Assembly (NCBI RefSeq): GCF_006345805.1
Contig: NW_021832432.1
Location: 620,001-684,000 of the forward strand
DNA: 64,000 bases
Reading direction: 5' to 3'
Origin: Octopus sinensis
Lineage: Eukaryota
The notes under the pieces are model-generated. The model was not told the origin of the DNA. It made no database searches and saw only the letters and a program-made list of their open reading frames with translations. Position numbers and translations under genes: made by a program. This document shows positions 37,283 through 51,169 of this stretch, in pieces (within the stretch, counting starts at the first letter, position 1; the number at the start of each line of letters is the position of its first letter).

Positions 37283-37680
37283 CGTAAGTGTGGCTGTGTG
37301 GTAAGTAGCTTGTTTACCAACCACATGGTTCTGGGTTCAGTCACACTGCATGGCACCTTGGGCAAGTGTCTTCTACTATAACCTCGGGTCGACCAAAGCC
37401 TTGTGAGTGGATTTGGTAGATGGAAACTGAAAGAAGCCCGTCGTATATATGTATATATATATATGTCTCTGTATATGTTTGTGTGTCTGTGTTTGTCCCC
37501 CCAACATCACTTGACAACTGATGCTGGTGTGTTTACGTTGCTGTAACTTAGCGGTTCAGCAAAAGAAACCAATAGAATAAGTACTAGGCTTGCAAAGAAT
37601 AAGTCCTGGGGTCGATTTTCTTGACTAAAGGCGGTGCTCCAGCATGGCTACAGTCAAATGACTGAAACAAGTAAACGAGT
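37283..37680 (+). mobile_element. Family B SINE
   Basis: Full-length. Confidence 0.85.
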
Positions 37681-38665
37681 AGAATGGTGGATTGGTGGAA
37701 CTGTCAAATGGTTGGGTGAGATGTCTCTGCATGGTGATAGTAGTAAAGCCTGTGATGATCTCACATGAAGCTTATCGGTCTACATTTGTGGCCTTCCTCC
37801 TGGATGAACATCAGTAGCATGGAGAGAATAAGTTGGCATGTAAGGGCAGTCTCCAAAAGGTCCAGACTAAGCATGCACGTACACGTGTAGATCAGTGCTG
37901 GATTAACCATTAAGCAAAATAAGTCCGTGCTTATAACATTAAGGGTAGTGGGGCACCACAGAAATGGTGAATAGTTTATGGCACAAAAGAATTCTCTTTA
38001 AACATGCTAAAATAATAGTTGGAGTGGTTTATATGATCAGAAATTACACCACCGAAGAGATGCTTCTGCACAGTGGGGTACACTGTAATTCATTGTATAG
38101 TTTCCAACTGACGAAGGAGTGGTGCAGGGTGTGTTGAAACGATTGTAGTGATTAATAGTTTCCAGTATACTCTATCTTCCATATGCATTATTTCTACTAT
38201 ATATATCTATATATGTATGTGTATGTGTGTATATATACATATATAATTGAAAAAAGACTAGAGATCTATACAAATCAATTTTTCATATATATAAACGATG
38301 GAGATGGAAATAGTTCAGAAGTAAGTCTAAAATGTTTCAATTTAAGAGGGAATTCAATAAAAATGATTTTTTAAAATTATATAAAGAAAATATTACCAGT
38401 TTCAATGAATATCATCATATTAATATCAGTAAAAATTTATAAAAATCTGAAGTAAAACAGTTTATCTTCTGTCTGGGGGTCAAGAGACATGTTCTTGGCA
38501 CCCCCCCACCCCGATGATTTTCTCCATCTTTATTCTTGTTTCACACACACATGTAATATACATATATACATATAGATATGCATACATATTACGTATATAC
38601 ACATACATACATACATACATACATACATACATACATACATACATACATACTACATACATACATAC

Positions 38666-38711
<46 letters not shown>

Positions 38712-38885
38712 TTATAAAATGAGATAGGGGTTGAAAATTCAACCCACCATGGGATAATATATATCCAATATACTGCCAGATAGGTACCCAACAAGATTAA
38801 TACATAGATGTTAAAAATTGTCAAACATCAGTTCATCTATTGTATTATATGGGTAAAGGTAATAATATTACCGTAAATTAATACT

Positions 38886-38959
38886 ACAAAATAGAGAATG
38901 GAGAAACATACTTAATCAATAATATTGATTTAAGTATGTTTCTCCATTCTCTAATTTTG

Positions 38960-38960
<1 letters not shown>
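38886..38960. repeat. Hairpin, about 35-bp arms, 3-nt loop
   Basis: ACAAAATAGAGAATGGAGAAACATACTTAATCAAT and its complement. Confidence 0.85.
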
Positions 38961-38993
<33 letters not shown>

Positions 38994-39589
38994 CATGTAT
39001 AAAGCCATTAATGACAGAAATATTTTGATAAAATTTTATTTAACAATAAGAAAATTCAAATATCATGATAAATTGTTTCATAACTTAAAAAGCATGTAAA
39101 TAATTTATATCATTATATTTAATAATAAGTAAATTACATGTCTGCATTAATGCAGCTTTTTTTTTGCATTTTGTATTAATGCAGATATATATATATAATT
39201 TATTTATTTTTAAATATAATAATATGAATTATTTACATATTTTAAAGTTCAGAATGAATTTGTTGTAATATTTGAATTTTCTTGTTAAATAAAATTTCAT
39301 TAAACTATTTCTGTCATTTATGACTTTATACATTCCTTATAGTTTTCTCTCATATTGTACTATATATTCTATGAGCAAAATGCCCCCACCTCCAATGGAC
39401 GGTGCTGAGTTGTCAAACATTTAAACCAAATTTTCTCAAAACAACTTGTCTGACCGTCCCATAGGCCTCCCCTTTGAGAAACACTGATTTAACCAGCAAA
39501 AGAAGAAATAAAGATAGACATTTTTTTCTATTCCAAAGAATTCTTTATCGATCAAATTCTCACCTGGAATCGATTTTTGTAATTTTTTC

Positions 39590-39715
39590 AAGACTTATAC
39601 ATGCCCTGATACCATCGGTATCTACATATCAAATGTGAGCACAATCGGATGGAGGATGCCCAAGATCCTAGAAGATACACACACAGACAGACAGAATGGA
39701 TTTTATATAAGAGAT
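39590..39715 (+). mobile_element. Helitron/Helentron-like 3' end (third type)
   Basis: AATCGGATGGAGG...CACACACAGACAGACAG..TTTTATATAAGAGAT, same end style as 15343. Confidence 0.45.
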
Positions 39716-39819
39716 ATGGTTTGTAGAATGATACATTAAGGAGCTTTTTTATGGGTAGTACCAGATTACTTGAATTCATATATTGTGACTTAAACGTATG
39801 TATGTATATATATGTATAT

Positions 39820-40200
39820 GTGGAGGCGTGATGGCCCAGTGGTTAGGATAGTGGATTCGTGGTTGTACGATTGCGGTTTTGATTCCCAGACTGGGCATTG
39901 TGAGTGTCTATTGAGCAAAGAACACCTAAAGCTCCATGGGGCTTTGGCAGGGGATGGTGGAAAATCCTGCTGTACTCTTTCATCACAACTTTCTCTCACT
40001 CTTTCTTCCTGTTTCTGTTGTACCTGTATTTCAAAGGGCCAGCCTTGTCACACACTGTGTCATGCTGAATCTCCCTGAGAACTATGCTAAGGGTGCATGT
40101 GTTTGTGGAGTGCTCAGCCATTTGCGTGTTAATTTCACGAGCAGGTTATTCCATTGATCGGATAGACAGGAACCCTCATCGTCACAACTGACAGTGCCAC
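39820..40200 (+). mobile_element. Family E SINE, tail type 1
   Basis: Matches 61511-61900. Confidence 0.85.
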
Positions 40201-40262
40201 GATGTGTATATATATATATATATACATGTGTATGTGTGCGTGTGTGTGTATATAGTGTATAT

Positions 40263-40293
<31 letters not shown>

Positions 40294-40525
40294 CATACAT
40301 GCACACACACATACACACACACACACATATTTATACACACACACATAGGTATTTATACATGTATATGTGTATATATCTTAAATATATAAATACAAATATA
40401 AGCATTTATAATATGATCCAAACTAGAGGCTATATTCTTTAACCTTCATAGCTGAAATTTTACATACGGATGCATCATTTAAGAAATTTATTGGGTTTTT
40501 TTCTTCTATACTTTCTAAAACGTAG

Positions 40526-40622
40526 AATTTCATGGGAGCAACAACTTTGCATAAACAACATTTCTGAACCAACTGAAGATCATTTAACTGAAAATCTTTT
40601 AAAGCAGTTTATCCAAAATATA
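40526..40622 (+). CDS. Candidate exon, ISWEQQLCINNISEPTEDHLTENLLKQFIQNI
   Basis: Long pyrimidine tract plus acgtag; only one frame is open; donor uncertain (GT at 40623, 40633 or 40639). Confidence 0.4.
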
Positions 40623-40644
40623 GTGGATTCATGTGACTGTATAT

Positions 40645-40866
40645 ACTCTTTTACTGTTTTACTTGTTTCAGTCATTTGACTGCGGCCATGCTGGAGCATC
40701 GCATTTAGTCGAGCAAATCAACCCCAGGACTTATTCGTTGGAATCCTAGTACTTATACTATCGGGCTCTTTTGTCGAACTGCTAAGTTACAGGGACGTAA
40801 ACACACCAGCATTGGTTGTCAAGCAATGTTGAGGGGGGGGGGACAAACACAGACACACAAACATAT

Positions 40867-40911
<45 letters not shown>

Positions 40912-41085
40912 CATATATACGACAGGCTTCTTTCAGTTTCCATCTACGAAATCCACTCACAAGGCTTTGGTCAGCCCGAGGCTATAGTAGAAGACACTTG
41001 CCCAAGATGCCACGCAGTGGGACTGAACCCGGAACCATGTGGTTGGTAAGCAAGCTACTTACCACACAGCCACTCCTGTGCCTAT
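40645..41085 (-). mobile_element. Family B SINE
   Basis: Full-length reverse copy. Confidence 0.85.
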
Positions 41086-41107
41086 ATATATATATTTATA
41101 TATATAT

Positions 41108-41288
41108 ATGGCACGTAAAAAGCACCCACTACACTCACGGAGTGGTTGGCGTTAGGAAGGGCATCCAGCCGTAGAAACACTGCCAGATTTGACTGGGCCT
41201 GATGAAGCCTTCTGGCTTCACAGACCCCAGTAGAACCGTCCAACCCATGCTAGCATGGAAAACGGACGCTAAACGATGATGATGATGA
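41108..41288 (+). mobile_element. Family A repeat
   Basis: Core plus (GAT)n. Confidence 0.85.
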
Positions 41289-41304
41289 TATATATATATG
41301 TTAA

Positions 41305-41595
41305 ACCAGGCCATCAGATGTTGCTACACATCACTGGTCACAATGCATTTCACATTGTTTTAGCCATCAAATGATGCCACTCCACTGGCTAAGCAAGAAG
41401 GCCAACAGAAGAAACAGTGAGAGAAAGTTGTGGTGAAAGAGTACAGTAGGGATCACCACCACCCCCTGCCAGAACCTCATGGAGATTTAGGTGTTTTCGC
41501 TCAATAAACACTCACAATGCCCTGTTTGAGAATCGAAACTGTGATCCTATGACCGCGAGTCCGCTGTCTTAACCAATGGGCCATTGTGCATCGTG
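41305..41595 (-). mobile_element. Family E SINE, tail type 3
   Basis: E head, then a tail ending AGCAACATCTGATGGCCTGGT. Confidence 0.75.
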
Positions 41596-41941
41596 TGACT
41601 GTATGCATCGCGTGACTGTATATATAAGGTACTAATAAACTTAGGCGAGGTTGGCCACTGCTGCTTGTTTGTTTTTATGTATGTATGTATGTATGTATGT
41701 ATGTACGTATGTACATATGTATGTATGTATGTACATATGTATGTATATAAGTACATATGTACGTATGTTCATATGTAATGTTTGTATGTATATATGTATG
41801 TAATGTATGTATGTAATATATGGATTGATGGATAGATGGATGGATGGATGGATGGAGGGATGTGTAGGTAGGTATGTGGATAGACAGACAGATGGATGGA
41901 AGGTCAGGTGGGTTGTTAGATAGATAGATAGGTAGAAAGAG

Positions 41942-41985
<44 letters not shown>

Positions 41986-41986
<1 letters not shown>

Positions 41987-42218
41987 TACTTCTTTACTGC
42001 CCACAAGGGGCTAAACACAGAGGGGACAAACAAGGACAGACAAACGGATTAAGTTGATTATATCGACCCCAGTGCGTAACTGGTACTTATTTAATCGACC
42101 CCGAAAGGATGAAAGGCAAAGTCGACCTCGGCGGAATTTGAACTCAGAACGTAACGACAGACGAAATACCACTAAGCATTTTGCCCAGCGTGCTAACGTT
42201 TCTGCCAGCTCACCGCCT
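41986..42218 (-). mobile_element. Family C SINE in (GATA)n
   Basis: Near-identical to 10475-10707. Confidence 0.9.
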
Positions 42219-42219
42219 T

Positions 42220-42283
<64 letters not shown>

Positions 42284-43193
42284 GCGGATACAATTAAACA
42301 GACAGACAGACAAACAGATAGTCAGATTATGTAGGTCTGGTAATACGAACATACACGAAAAAATCGAACTCGAAATATGATTGCAACAATTTTATCTCAC
42401 TAAAGTGCTAAATATTTCAAGAATATAATATTTAGTGATTAGTATGTGTTAATTTGGGAAACTGATCCTCTTAGCCATAATTTTCTCATTCAAAAGAGAT
42501 CCTAAAATTTTTCTGCTTCAATTCCATTCTTTAGTAATCCAAACAAACACTAATCTAGTTTTCCATATTGTTACACTCTGATTTCCCAGTCACTCATTCT
42601 TTCACAGCTTTCTGTCTGTTAATCTCAAGCTCAAGTCTTCTTTTGCAGTCTTATAGTCTGAAAATCAAAGCAATTGAACTGCTCCATAAACTTTTGTTTG
42701 TGTTATCATTTCCTTTTTTTTTTCTCTTTTTGTTTTTGTTATTCCATTTGTTTGGTAGTTTTTTTTGTTGTTGTTGTTTTGGTTGCTTGATATTTTTGCT
42801 GCTGTTCATTCATATTTCAAAGAATATAGAAATGATGATTGAAATTATTCTTTTCATTCTTTTCGTTTTTTTTTTTCCAGTTTCAGTCATTCGATTATGA
42901 TCGTGCTAAGACACAGCCATCAAGGATTTTGCTGAAACAAAATAATGCTCCTACTACTTATTGTAACCTGGGGCTTTGTGCTTTGTTACCCGATGATTGC
43001 AGATCAATAAAATAAGTTGCAGGATAGAAAGGGACACAACACAAACAGCAACATTGGTAAGCAGTGTAAACACGGACAATGGGTAAATTGTCGTCATTTT
43101 TAATTTCATGCATACGCATTGTTTGCTTTTGATTTTGTCAACAACACAGTGTAGTAGGGTCAGTTGGGCACTGGCTGTGAGAAAAACAGCACC

Positions 43194-43951
43194 ATGACAC
43201 AATTCACTCTGCCAGAAATTTGGAAACGACATGCTGTACTACTTGGCATTTGTGGCAGAAGCTTCTATATGAATATTTCAGAGTGCTTGGGTGTCAATGT
43301 AAAGACAGTGCAATCTGAGGACATGTATTGAGAGTGACAAAAATCAATTATCCAGTCAACATCATGGTGTTTGGAGTGATCACTCATGATGGCGACGTTA
43401 TGCCTCCATTCATCTTCCCACACAGCCTCAGACTTAATACGGAAGCGTTCATCAAGTGCCTGGAGGAGATAGTGCTGTCCTGGCTCAAGAGTGTAGCTGC
43501 TGGAAGAACCTATGTCTGGAAACAGGACCCTGCACCATGCTACACAAGCAGGAGAACCCAGGCATGGCTGTCTGAAAATTTCTGTGACCACATCACTCCT
43601 AACATCTGTGCACCTAACTCCACAAACTGCTACTCTCCTGATTATTTTATGTGTGGGACACAGTTGAGCAAGAAACCAACAAAATACCTTGTAACACCAA
43701 AAATGAACTGAAGGTAAGGATTATGGCAGCATTCACCAACTTAAATAAGGAAATCATCCAGAAGAGTTGCAGAAGATCCTGAAGTCATCTGGAGGATGTG
43801 GTTGAAGCCGATGGCAATTTTAATGAATAAATTTACTTTTTAATATTTCAAGATATTTTTATGTAATTTTGGTAAATATCTGTTAAAATGAGATGTCAGT
43901 GTTATTTTCATTTTTGTGTAATTTAGACAACAGTTTATTCACCACACCCTG
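43194..43951 (+). pseudogene. Internally deleted DD37D (maT-like) Tc1/mariner transposon
   Basis: MTQFTLPEIWKRHAVLLGI...; IMVFGVITHDGDVMPPFIFP...YVWKQDPAPCYTS...PNS; right terminus CACCACACCCTG-TA. Confidence 0.85.
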
Positions 43952-44382
43952 TATATGTGTAGAGGCCAGACCAATGTGGGCCACCTCTTCCCAGTGATAA
44001 AAATGGGTTCATGTGGAGCTAACAGCCTTACCTCCAAAAAATGCAAAATTATAGAAGCATCACATGACAATTCAAAATTAACAAGACCTGGAAAAGGACA
44101 GCCTAGAGTTGAGAATGATGAAGAAAACTCATTGAAGACCTATGCTTCATATGGAGTGATGGGACTTAATGCAAAAAACCATAAAAACCAAGGAGTGATT
44201 TGAGGGAGAGTTAGCTGCTATTTCTTGCAGGTAAAAATGACATTCATCATTGCAAAAGAAGCAAAGAATAAAGCTGTTAAAGTACAAGAGAAAGACTGAT
44301 TAAACAAAGGACTTTGAGAGAAAGAGAGGGGAAGAGGGAGAGGGACGAGTTGAGAGAGGGGGAGGAGAGGGAGAGGGGGAGT

Positions 44383-44414
<32 letters not shown>

Positions 44415-44799
44415 TAGTACATCATTATTACAATAAAAAGTGTCAGAGTTTCCTTTGAAACAGCACAAATTAGCGTCATTAATTGATAATCTGGACTAAT
44501 ATTTATTAATTCACAGAAAGAATAATTAATATCGAGATTAGACATATACGAAACACAATATTGGTGTCACGCTAATGTCAATAGGGACATTGGACAAAAC
44601 ATAAATTAAACAAAGCAGCTAACTATCAAAGTCATTCAAGCATTAGGTCAAATAATTTTGTGCTATGTGTTCTGATACTCGGTACTCTGGGTTCAAATCC
44701 CATTAAAATCCTGCTGAAGTCAATTTCATCTGTCATTCTTCCTGACAGACAAATACTGTAGTCACTTCTCTCTCTCCCCCTGTCTCTGTCTCTCTGTTC

Positions 44800-44884
<85 letters not shown>

Positions 44885-44887
44885 AGT

Positions 44888-45130
44888 CTTTATTCTTTTA
44901 TTTGTTCCAGTCATTTGACTATGGCCATGCTGGAGCACCACTTTTAGTCAAATAAATCGACTCCAGGACTTATTCATTGTAAACCCAGTACTTATTCTAT
45001 CAGTTCCTTTTGCCAAACTGCTAAGTTACGGGGATGTAAACACATCAATACAGGTTGTCAAGTGATGGTGAGGGGACAGACACACAAATGCACACACACA
45101 CATATATACATATACACACACACACACACA
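44888..45130 (-). mobile_element. Family B SINE, 3' part
   Basis: Reverse-orientation tail. Confidence 0.75.
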
Positions 45131-45144
45131 CACTATGCATTCAT

Positions 45145-46070
45145 CAGTGTCAAAATAGCTGAGGAATGTACTGCAATGGAAATGTTGTTTAGCCCCAGGT
45201 CAGCCCTTACCGAGTAGACACACGATTACAGTGGCATAGCTAGTATGTATGTTGCCTAGGGAAGTCTTTGAGTTTGCTTCCCACCATCCTCAAGTCCCCA
45301 GTCCTGTACACCAAACTCAAAAGTTCCACTCTGATGAAAGTGTTGCACAAAAGCATCCCCACTTTGTCCTTCCCCCATCTCTCACTAAAGGTACCCCTGC
45401 CCTACACCTTGTTCTACCCACTCCACTCCACTCCCAGTGCTACACTATTTTATGATCAAAATGAATTCAAATTATTGCAGATGTCATTAGGTGTGGTGAT
45501 GAAATCACTGTACTTTATAAATTAATGACTGCAAGGGCAAATTTGTATGTAGGGTAGTACCATCGTCGTCCTTTTAACATTCACTTTTCCATGCTTTCAT
45601 AGGGTAGACAAAGTCCATCAGCTGACAAAAATATCTCCTGGATATCTACCATGAGAAAAAATGTTGCAATCTTCCAAGACAAATTCTATACTTTTTGTTA
45701 CCATTGAAGTAAACACTATAGTGACCATAGAACAGGCACCCACCTCTCAAACACAATTCTTTGCATTTCTGCTGAAGTCTGCATGGTTTTGTGGCAAGAA
45801 GCTTGCTTCCCAATCACAATTCTTTTGGCATGTGAGTAAGGATAGGAATGGTAGCCAACCTCTAAAAAAACAGACCTAAATTCCATTAAGGGTGAATAGT
45901 AATATAACCTAGTTCTTCAGGACTACTACAAGCCATTGTCCACTCAAAGACTTCCCTAGGTAGCATACATTCTAGCTATGCCACTGTAATCGTGTGTCTA
46001 CTCAGTAAGGGCTGACCTGGGGCTAAACAGCATTTCCGTTGCAGTACATTCCTCTGCTATTTTGACACTG
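45145..46070. repeat. 129-bp inverted repeat, 668-bp spacer
   Basis: 45145-45273 vs 45942-46070; 7 mismatches counted by eye. Confidence 0.9.
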
Positions 46071-46426
46071 TGGTAACAGAAGACAGATGAAGCAGTGGTG
46101 CTCCATAGTCTTATTTGCTTTCTTATACTTACATGCAATTGGGCAAGTCCTTTTGCCCTCATCTGACCATAGCAGCTTTTGATCTTCTCATTTTTTCCCC
46201 CGGTGATCAAGTGTCCTCCACTTAGCATATGATTCTGTTGAGCATGAAATGAGATCTTCAATTAACAACAGGACAGCTAAGCATTCATCAATGTACTACT
46301 ATGAAGTCTTTGTTTAGCCCCAGGTCAGCCCTGATCGAGTAGAACTGCGATCAAAAGGAATTCAAATTATGTCCAACATTATCTTTGCTTAGACATTGTG
46401 TGCCTTGGGCAGCATTCTTTTGTTCC

Positions 46427-46845
46427 TTTATTCTTTTACTGGTTTCAGTCATTTGACTGTGGCCATGCTGGAGCACTGCTTTAAAGGGATTTTAGTTGAA
46501 GAAATTGACTCCAGGACTTATTCTTTGTGAGCCTAGTATTTATTCTATTGGTCTCTTTTTAGTGAACTGCTAAGTCACAGGGATGTAAACACACCAACAT
46601 CGGTTTTCAAGCAATGGTGGGGGGAAAACACAGACACACACAGACATACACACAGACACACATACAGACACACACAAACAGACACACATATATATATGCG
46701 ATGGCTTTTTCAGTTTCTGTCTACCAAATCCACTTACAAGTCTTTAGTCAGCCTAAGGCCACAGTAAAAGACACTTGCCCAAAGTGCCATGCAGTGGGAC
46801 TGAACCTGGAATCATGTGATTGGGAAGTCATGCCTACACCTATTC
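46427..46845 (-). mobile_element. Family B SINE
   Basis: Reverse copy. Confidence 0.8.
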
Positions 46846-46993
46846 CCTTTTTTGAAAAAAGTAAGTAGAGTACAAATTCAGGAGGATTTCACAGAAGATG
46901 GTTACTGTCAAGTGTCTGCATCCAAAGCCGGAGTTTAGTCATTTTCAAAAGAGTGCACTAATTTATTAATAATGGTTTCTTTGGACAAAGTAC

Positions 46994-47068
46994 CTGGTCA
47001 ATTTTGTTAGAGATGAGGTGCAATTAGTTAAAACTGACTCTCTCATTTTATTAATCATTTGATCAACC
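46994..47068 (-). CDS. Candidate 75-nt exon, VDQMINKMRESVLTNCTSSLTKLT
   Basis: gttctcag|...ACCAG|gtactt; only one frame is open, phase 2-2. Confidence 0.3.
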
Positions 47069-47984
47069 CTGAGAACATATGCCAATGAATGAGCCTCAGT
47101 ATGGCCAACCAGCCTGCTAGAAGTATCAGCCAAATCTGCTTTATATCAAGGCTTTAGTGTGGCTGTGTGGTTAAAATGTTTGCTTCCCAGCCACATGGTT
47201 TCAGATTCACTCCTATAGCATATCACCATGGAGAAGTATCTTCTATTTTAGCCCTAAGCTGACCAAAGACTTGTGAATGGATTTGGTAGACCAAAACTGA
47301 AAGAAGTCCAGTGTATATATATGTGTGTGTGTGCATGTGTATATATCTGTGCATACATGTAGGTTTGTGTCTCCTTGTCTTCACATTGTATGATTGTTGT
47401 AAACGAATGTCTTTATTTCCAGTGTTTTACAAAATCATGTCTGGTCATGACATTGATGATGATGTTGATGACAATGATGATGACAACAAGAATGACGATA
47501 ATTATGATGACGACAACAACGATGATGACAATGATGATGATGATGATGATCACATGCCAATGTCTCAAAACAGGAAGGAAGGAAGCATTGAATAGTTTAG
47601 TTCTAAATACACAATGACTGAAAGAAAGTTTGTATGGTATGGTCATGGTTGGAATTGCTATCATCATAACTGTGCTTGTCAAAGCTGCACAGTCACTTGA
47701 CCTGCAAGAGATGGCAGCTAAATATCCCTTATATCACACTCTGTTGTCTCAAAAAAAGGGGAAGGAAGTATTAAATAGTGTGATCCTGGGTACACTATGC
47801 CTTCTTTTTATTTCATTTTTTCACGGCTTAGTTATGAAGGGAATGGAATCGCAGCACTCAAGAGTCTTTATATTTTTCAAATCCTGATAAGAAGGGACAA
47901 AATTAACTTGTAATTGGAAACCTAGCTCAAATGCTTATGAAAGGTCGAGCTCTACTTAAGGCATCAAGGGACCAGGCGGTGGCT

Positions 47985-48214
47985 TTAACCCTTTTGATAC
48001 CAACCTACCTGAAACCACCTCTGGCTCTGTAGTATAAATGTCTTGTTTTCATAAGTTTTGAATTAAAATCTTCCACCAAACCTTAGTCACAATTTATGTT
48101 CCTAACACTAGCTTAATGATAACTAAGTTATTTTACTAAATTCTTTGTTATATTCAAAATTAAATGAAAGAAACACAGAGCATCTCAAAATACATACGGT
48201 AACAAAAGGCTTAA
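47985..48214 (+). mobile_element. piggyBac-like MITE, uninterrupted
   Basis: TTAACCCTTTTGATACC...AACAAAAGGCTTAA. Confidence 0.85.
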
Positions 48215-49924
48215 CCCAGATGATAGATTAAGTCTAACACTCAAGAACTCAAAGCGCAAGAATCAACTCAAATACCTCAAGGCATCTCATCTTACACTCT
48301 AATAATTATTATAATCCACTACTCTGGGATGATATTTTATTTTATTGACCCTTAAATAACAAAAAATTAAAACTGACTTCATTGAAATTTTGAATGTAAT
48401 GAACCAAAACAAATGCCTATAAAGTATATAATTTCATACACTAACAATTTTGCAAGTCTACTTCTCAATCCATTGGTGTTTCATTTTATCAACTCTCAAA
48501 GAATGAAAGACAAAACCAGCCTGATTGAAATCTGAACGCCATACATAAAGAACTAGAACAATTACCATAACAGTTCTACCTGTCCAATGCTATGGACAGT
48601 TCCTTTATACCATCGACCCTCAAAGAATGAAAAGTATAGCTGGCCGTAGTGGGATTTGCACTCAGAGAGAGCAAGAAGACAGTTGAAAGTACTGTCATGC
48701 TTGGAATGTCTTTGGTCGTAGATTTGCTTGATTAAGACTATCTTGAGACAAAACAACAATGATATCAGCAATAACACTATCAACAACATCGATATCAGTC
48801 AGCAACAACAACAACAACTTTGAAAGGATAGTAAGACAAAATCAATGTAAAAAAACTTTCTGCTCAGAACTTAGAACTACTCTAAAGAAAACATTTGAAT
48901 CATGGCACACGCACACACACACACACACATGCACACACACACGTGCCGTGCACACACACACACACACACACACTCACACACACTGATGTCTTGGTCATCT
49001 CAGCAGTTTCAGATATTTTGGTTTTGTTTCTTTATAATAGTTTCTGGTCTTGTCTGAGGGTTTATTTTCTTTTTTCCGGTTTTTTTGGAGGGTTTTATTA
49101 TTGCTTTTTTTTTTTTTTTTTTTTTTTTTATCGATAATGGCTGCTTATCTCCATTTTTAAATAGCTTGGATTTTCTCAGATATGACAAAAAAAGCAAAAA
49201 ACAAAAAATGAAATAATCAGAAAGGATAAATAGTTCCATATCGAACAACAAATGTTGTTTGCATAAAAACAAAAAAAAAAATCGTAAAAAAAAAATTACA
49301 GAAAATAGTATGTGAGAGAGAAGGCAAGCACGTATCTTTAAATGTGTCGTTGAAAACTTAAACTAAGCTAAAGTTCAGATTGACTTAGTGAAAAATCTAC
49401 TGTTAAACCAAAGAAAGCTGACTGACTTATACAAGCAGACACAACATATACATGTGTTGACCTTTTGTGATCAATCATAGACACAGCCTGTCTGATTTGC
49501 TGGATTAATCTAGAAGACATCACTATTTAATAACCAAATCATCACTTGAGTTTTAAGAATTACTTTGTTTTGTTCTTTTTCTCTTTTTTTGTTCCTTTCA
49601 GAAAATGCTGTGCTGTATCATATTTAAGACACGTTTTGTTTTGGGTTTTTTTTTTTTTTACTGTCTTTCTGTTTTTTTTTAGCTTTCTTTGTATTTGATT
49701 ATTAGTTATTATTTTGTGTCAATATCCAAATCGTTCTACTTTTTTTTTATTCAATCTTGTCCATTCTGTGAAATTTTGTTTTTGTCACATGATCCTAACT
49801 ATTGTGAAGTGAATCCAATATTGGATGGACCAAAAATGACAAGCTGGCAGAATCATTTCTGAGCTGGCAGAAACGTTAGCATGCTGGGCAAAATGCTTAT
49901 CGGTATTTTGTTATGTTCTGAGGT

Positions 49925-50289
49925 TCTGATATACCTGCAGCCTTCTTCAGGTGCCTTGGGGAAATTTCGAACCTGGATTCTTATTCCAAAAGGTATTTTT
50001 CGATGTTGTTATTATTATTACAATGTTATTATTATTATATGGTGTAGTGGTTAAGAGCGCGGGCTACTAACCCCAAGATTCCGAGTTTGATTCCAAGCAG
50101 TGACCTGAACACTAACAATAATAATAATAATAATAATCATAATAATAACATCGAAAAATATCTTAGGAATGAAAACCCAGGTTCAAAATTTCCCCAAGAC
50201 ATCTGAAGAAGGCTGGAGGTATATCAGCCGAAACGTTGTGTTAATAACAAACAAGATGAGGACAAATATCCGTCGAATGTAAATAATGT
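49925..50289 (+). mobile_element. Family F, second copy (both ends truncated)
   Basis: Inverted arm, (ATT)n, A box 50040-50050, B box 50085-50094, (AAT)n, direct arm; lies between the halves of a C SINE (49840-49924 and 50636-50775). Confidence 0.85.
50198..50242 (+). ncRNA. Minimal hammerhead motif (F family)
   Basis: GACAU-CUGAAGA-A-GGCUG(loop)CAGCC-GAA-ACGU-U-GUGUU. Confidence 0.65.
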
Positions 50290-50384
50290 GCTTAAGACAC
50301 TAAGTCTTACAAAGAAGAAGACCGAGGCCTAAGACGTTTGGTAGATTGCAATACTCAAGATGATCCACCCACTACAGCAAAATT

Positions 50385-50608
50385 GATTCTGGTGCCAGTG
50401 TCACATTAAAAACACTGGTGCTGATGTTATATAAAAAGCACCTGGCTCACTCTGTGGAGCGATTGGCATTAGGAAGGGCATCCAGCTGCAGAAACCATGC
50501 TAAAACAGACAATGGAGCCTAGGGCAGCACATGGCCTTGCCAGTACTGGACAAACCATCCAACCCAAGCCAGCATAGAAAACGGGCATTAAATGATGATG
50601 ATGGTGAT
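50385..50608 (+). mobile_element. Family A repeat
   Basis: Core plus (GAT)n. Confidence 0.75.
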
Positions 50609-51169
50609 ACAGCATAAGCATACAAGGCTAGTTAACAAGTTTGCCTTTCATCCTTTCGGGGTCAATAAATTAAGTACCAGTTACACACTGGGGTTGATGT
50701 AATCAGCTTAATCCGTTTGTCTGTCCTTGTTTGTCCCCTCTATATTTAGCTCCTTGTGGGCAATAAAGAAATAAATAAGTTTGCTTCACAATCTCATGGT
50801 TTGGGATTCAGTGTCACTGTGTGGCACCTTGGGAAAATGTCTCCTGCTATAGACTCAGGCCTACAAAAGCCTTGTAAGGGAGATTTGGTAGGCTGAAAAT
50901 GTAAGAAGCCTGTCATGTAAGTGTGTGTGAATGAGGGTTAACTTGTAAGACTGAAGGTTCATGTGTCTCCTTGCTTTTTCACATCGTGCAATATATAGTT
51001 GTGTATACAAGTAGCTCTGTGTACACAAGTGGTAACCCTTCAGAGGGAGATATTATCTTGCTTGGAAACATGTGAGGCAATAGAAAGAACATCTAGCAGT
51101 AGAAAGTCTGCTTCAAAGAAATTCAGACAGACCCATGCAATCATGAAGAAGTGGACGTTGAAATAATGG

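Noticed and set aside
38104-38150. CTGACGA...GAAAC...GTA motif
   Set aside because: Stems I and II do not pair; at best a decayed PLE remnant.
43265-43591. 108-aa minus-strand ORF
   Set aside because: Antisense shadow of the DD37D transposase relic.
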